Part shown: positions 62,901-64,000 of the stretch, piece by piece
Numbering within the stretch: position 1 is the first letter of the stretch
Layout of the letters: each line of letters starts with the position of its first letter
Assembly (NCBI GenBank): GCA_002269645.1
Contig: NIVC01000812.1
Location: forward strand, 1-64,000
Direction of reading: 5' to 3'
DNA: 64,000 nucleotides
From: Macrostomum lignano
Lineage: Eukaryota
Translations under genes and position numbers: made by a program
Notes under the pieces: model-generated
The model's database searches: none
What the model saw: only the letters and a program-made list of their open reading frames with translations
Told to the model about the DNA's origin: nothing

Positions 62901-63642
62901 ATGAAGAGAAACCTGGGCGACTCCGGGCAGAAGGGCAGCACGATCAGGGAGATGATGGCCGGGACCCCGGTGAGAGCCTGCGCCACGATCCACAGGTCCT
63001 CGTGGTTCATCGTCTGCTTCAGGCCGGAGCACACGAAGGCGACCAGAATGCCGATGGTCACCGCTAGCTGGTGGCAGGCGCCGATGGCGCCACGGATGTG
63101 GATTGGGGCGATCTCGGTCAGGTAGATGCTGGCGAGCCCGATGGTCACACCTGCGAGAGAGATGGGCGGGTGAGAGTGAGAATTGAATGCGGATTAGCGA
63201 GAAAAGAAAATTTCGGTACATGAGAGAGCGCATCAGCAATGCACTGCGCTGTGGGAGCGATGTGCTGGGGGTTATTGCAACTTGAAACACTGTGAATTTT
63301 GTGTCTGGTAGACCGTGTGAAACTTTGTGTGGGCGGGCGGAATGCGTGAACGAAAACTGCTACATCTTTCTGTCTCACGAGTTTTACTGCTTATACGTCC
63401 TCTTAATGTGAAATAAACCAGACCGAGTGAACCTAGTCTGGAATTGCAAGTGCGCAGTCTGCGCAAACGGGACACATGAAACCAGATGCGGTCTCACTGC
63501 TGGGCCGCGATTCTTACCGCAGTTGAAGCCGATGAACGCGCGGCCAATGTAGAGCAGATAGGGAATCTTGGTGGCCACGGTTGGCGCTGAGATGATGGCT
63601 CCGGCGATCATGAAGGCGTTGTTGAACAGCAGGCCGTTGCGT
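59928..63642 (-). CDS. SLC2A: Class I facilitative sugar transporter (GLUT1-4-like), 3' part; exons 63642-63518, 63150-62621, 60625-59928; -1 frameshift near 60312; 5' part outside the window
   Basis: RNGLLFNN, GRAFIGFNCG, YLTEIAPIHIRGAIG, PESPRFL, QQLSGINAV, EKFGRRTL, AEVFRQEPRSAA, PETKNRSF; canonical phase-consistent junctions. Confidence 0.92.
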
Positions 63643-63656
63643 CTGAAGGGGCGTTT

Positions 63657-64000
63657 GGAGGGTGTGGCACACTGCATGTAGTCTGGTACAGGGGGAGGGT
63701 GTGGCACACTGAATGTCGTCTGGTACAGTGGGGAGGGTGTGGCACACTGCATGTAGTCTGGTACAGGGGGAGGGTGTGGCACGCAGCATGTAGTCTGCGG
63801 CACAGTGGGAGGCGAGGGTGTGGCACACCGCATGTAGTCTGGTACAGGGGGAGGGTGTGGCACACTGAATGTCGTCTGGTACAGTGGGGAGGGTGTGGCA
63901 CACTGCATGTAGTCTAGTACAGTGGGGAGGGTGTGGCACACTGCATGTAGTCTGGTACAGGGGGAGGGTGTGGCACACTGCATGTAGTCTGGTACAGGGG
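63657..64000. repeat. ~38-40-bp minisatellite (GAGGGTGTGGCACACTGCATGTAGTCTGGTACAGGGG) in SLC2A intron, running almost to the acceptor
   Basis: Direct inspection. Confidence 0.92.

Overview
Eukaryotic (animal) genomic DNA with GC-rich exons, GT-AG introns, AT-rich spacers and very many mini/microsatellites. The overall style suggests a free-living flatworm such as Macrostomum (inference only). Genes in order: 3' end of ribophorin I (RPN1); two head-to-head secreted PAN/apple-like + fibrinogen-domain (FReD) genes; a divergent Cys-loop cation-channel subunit; a co-oriented housekeeping run MED14-TRAPPC5-CAPN7-MRPL19 (possible trans-spliced operon); a third, intact PAN-FReD gene; several low-complexity orphan ORFs; and the 3' part of a GLUT/SLC2A transporter. 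Mobile DNA: two ~2.1-2.2 kb solo LTRs (TGATG...CATCA ends, 4-bp TSDs), both antisense and starting 145 bp after a neighbouring stop codon; a 200-bp MITE; a Merlin-type transposase relic; an RTE reverse-transcriptase fragment inside a minisatellite; and two tRNA-related SINE families. Most housekeeping-gene introns carry their own private tandem repeat, and several arrays are built from transcription-factor motifs (CLEAR/E-box, CCAAT, Pol III B-box, kB-like). Several CDSs have single-base frameshifts, mostly -1, which may be long-read errors. In FReD gene 1 the break coincides with an alternative acceptor that switches between PAN-only and FReD-containing products. No CRISPR array, rRNA or functional tRNA was found.
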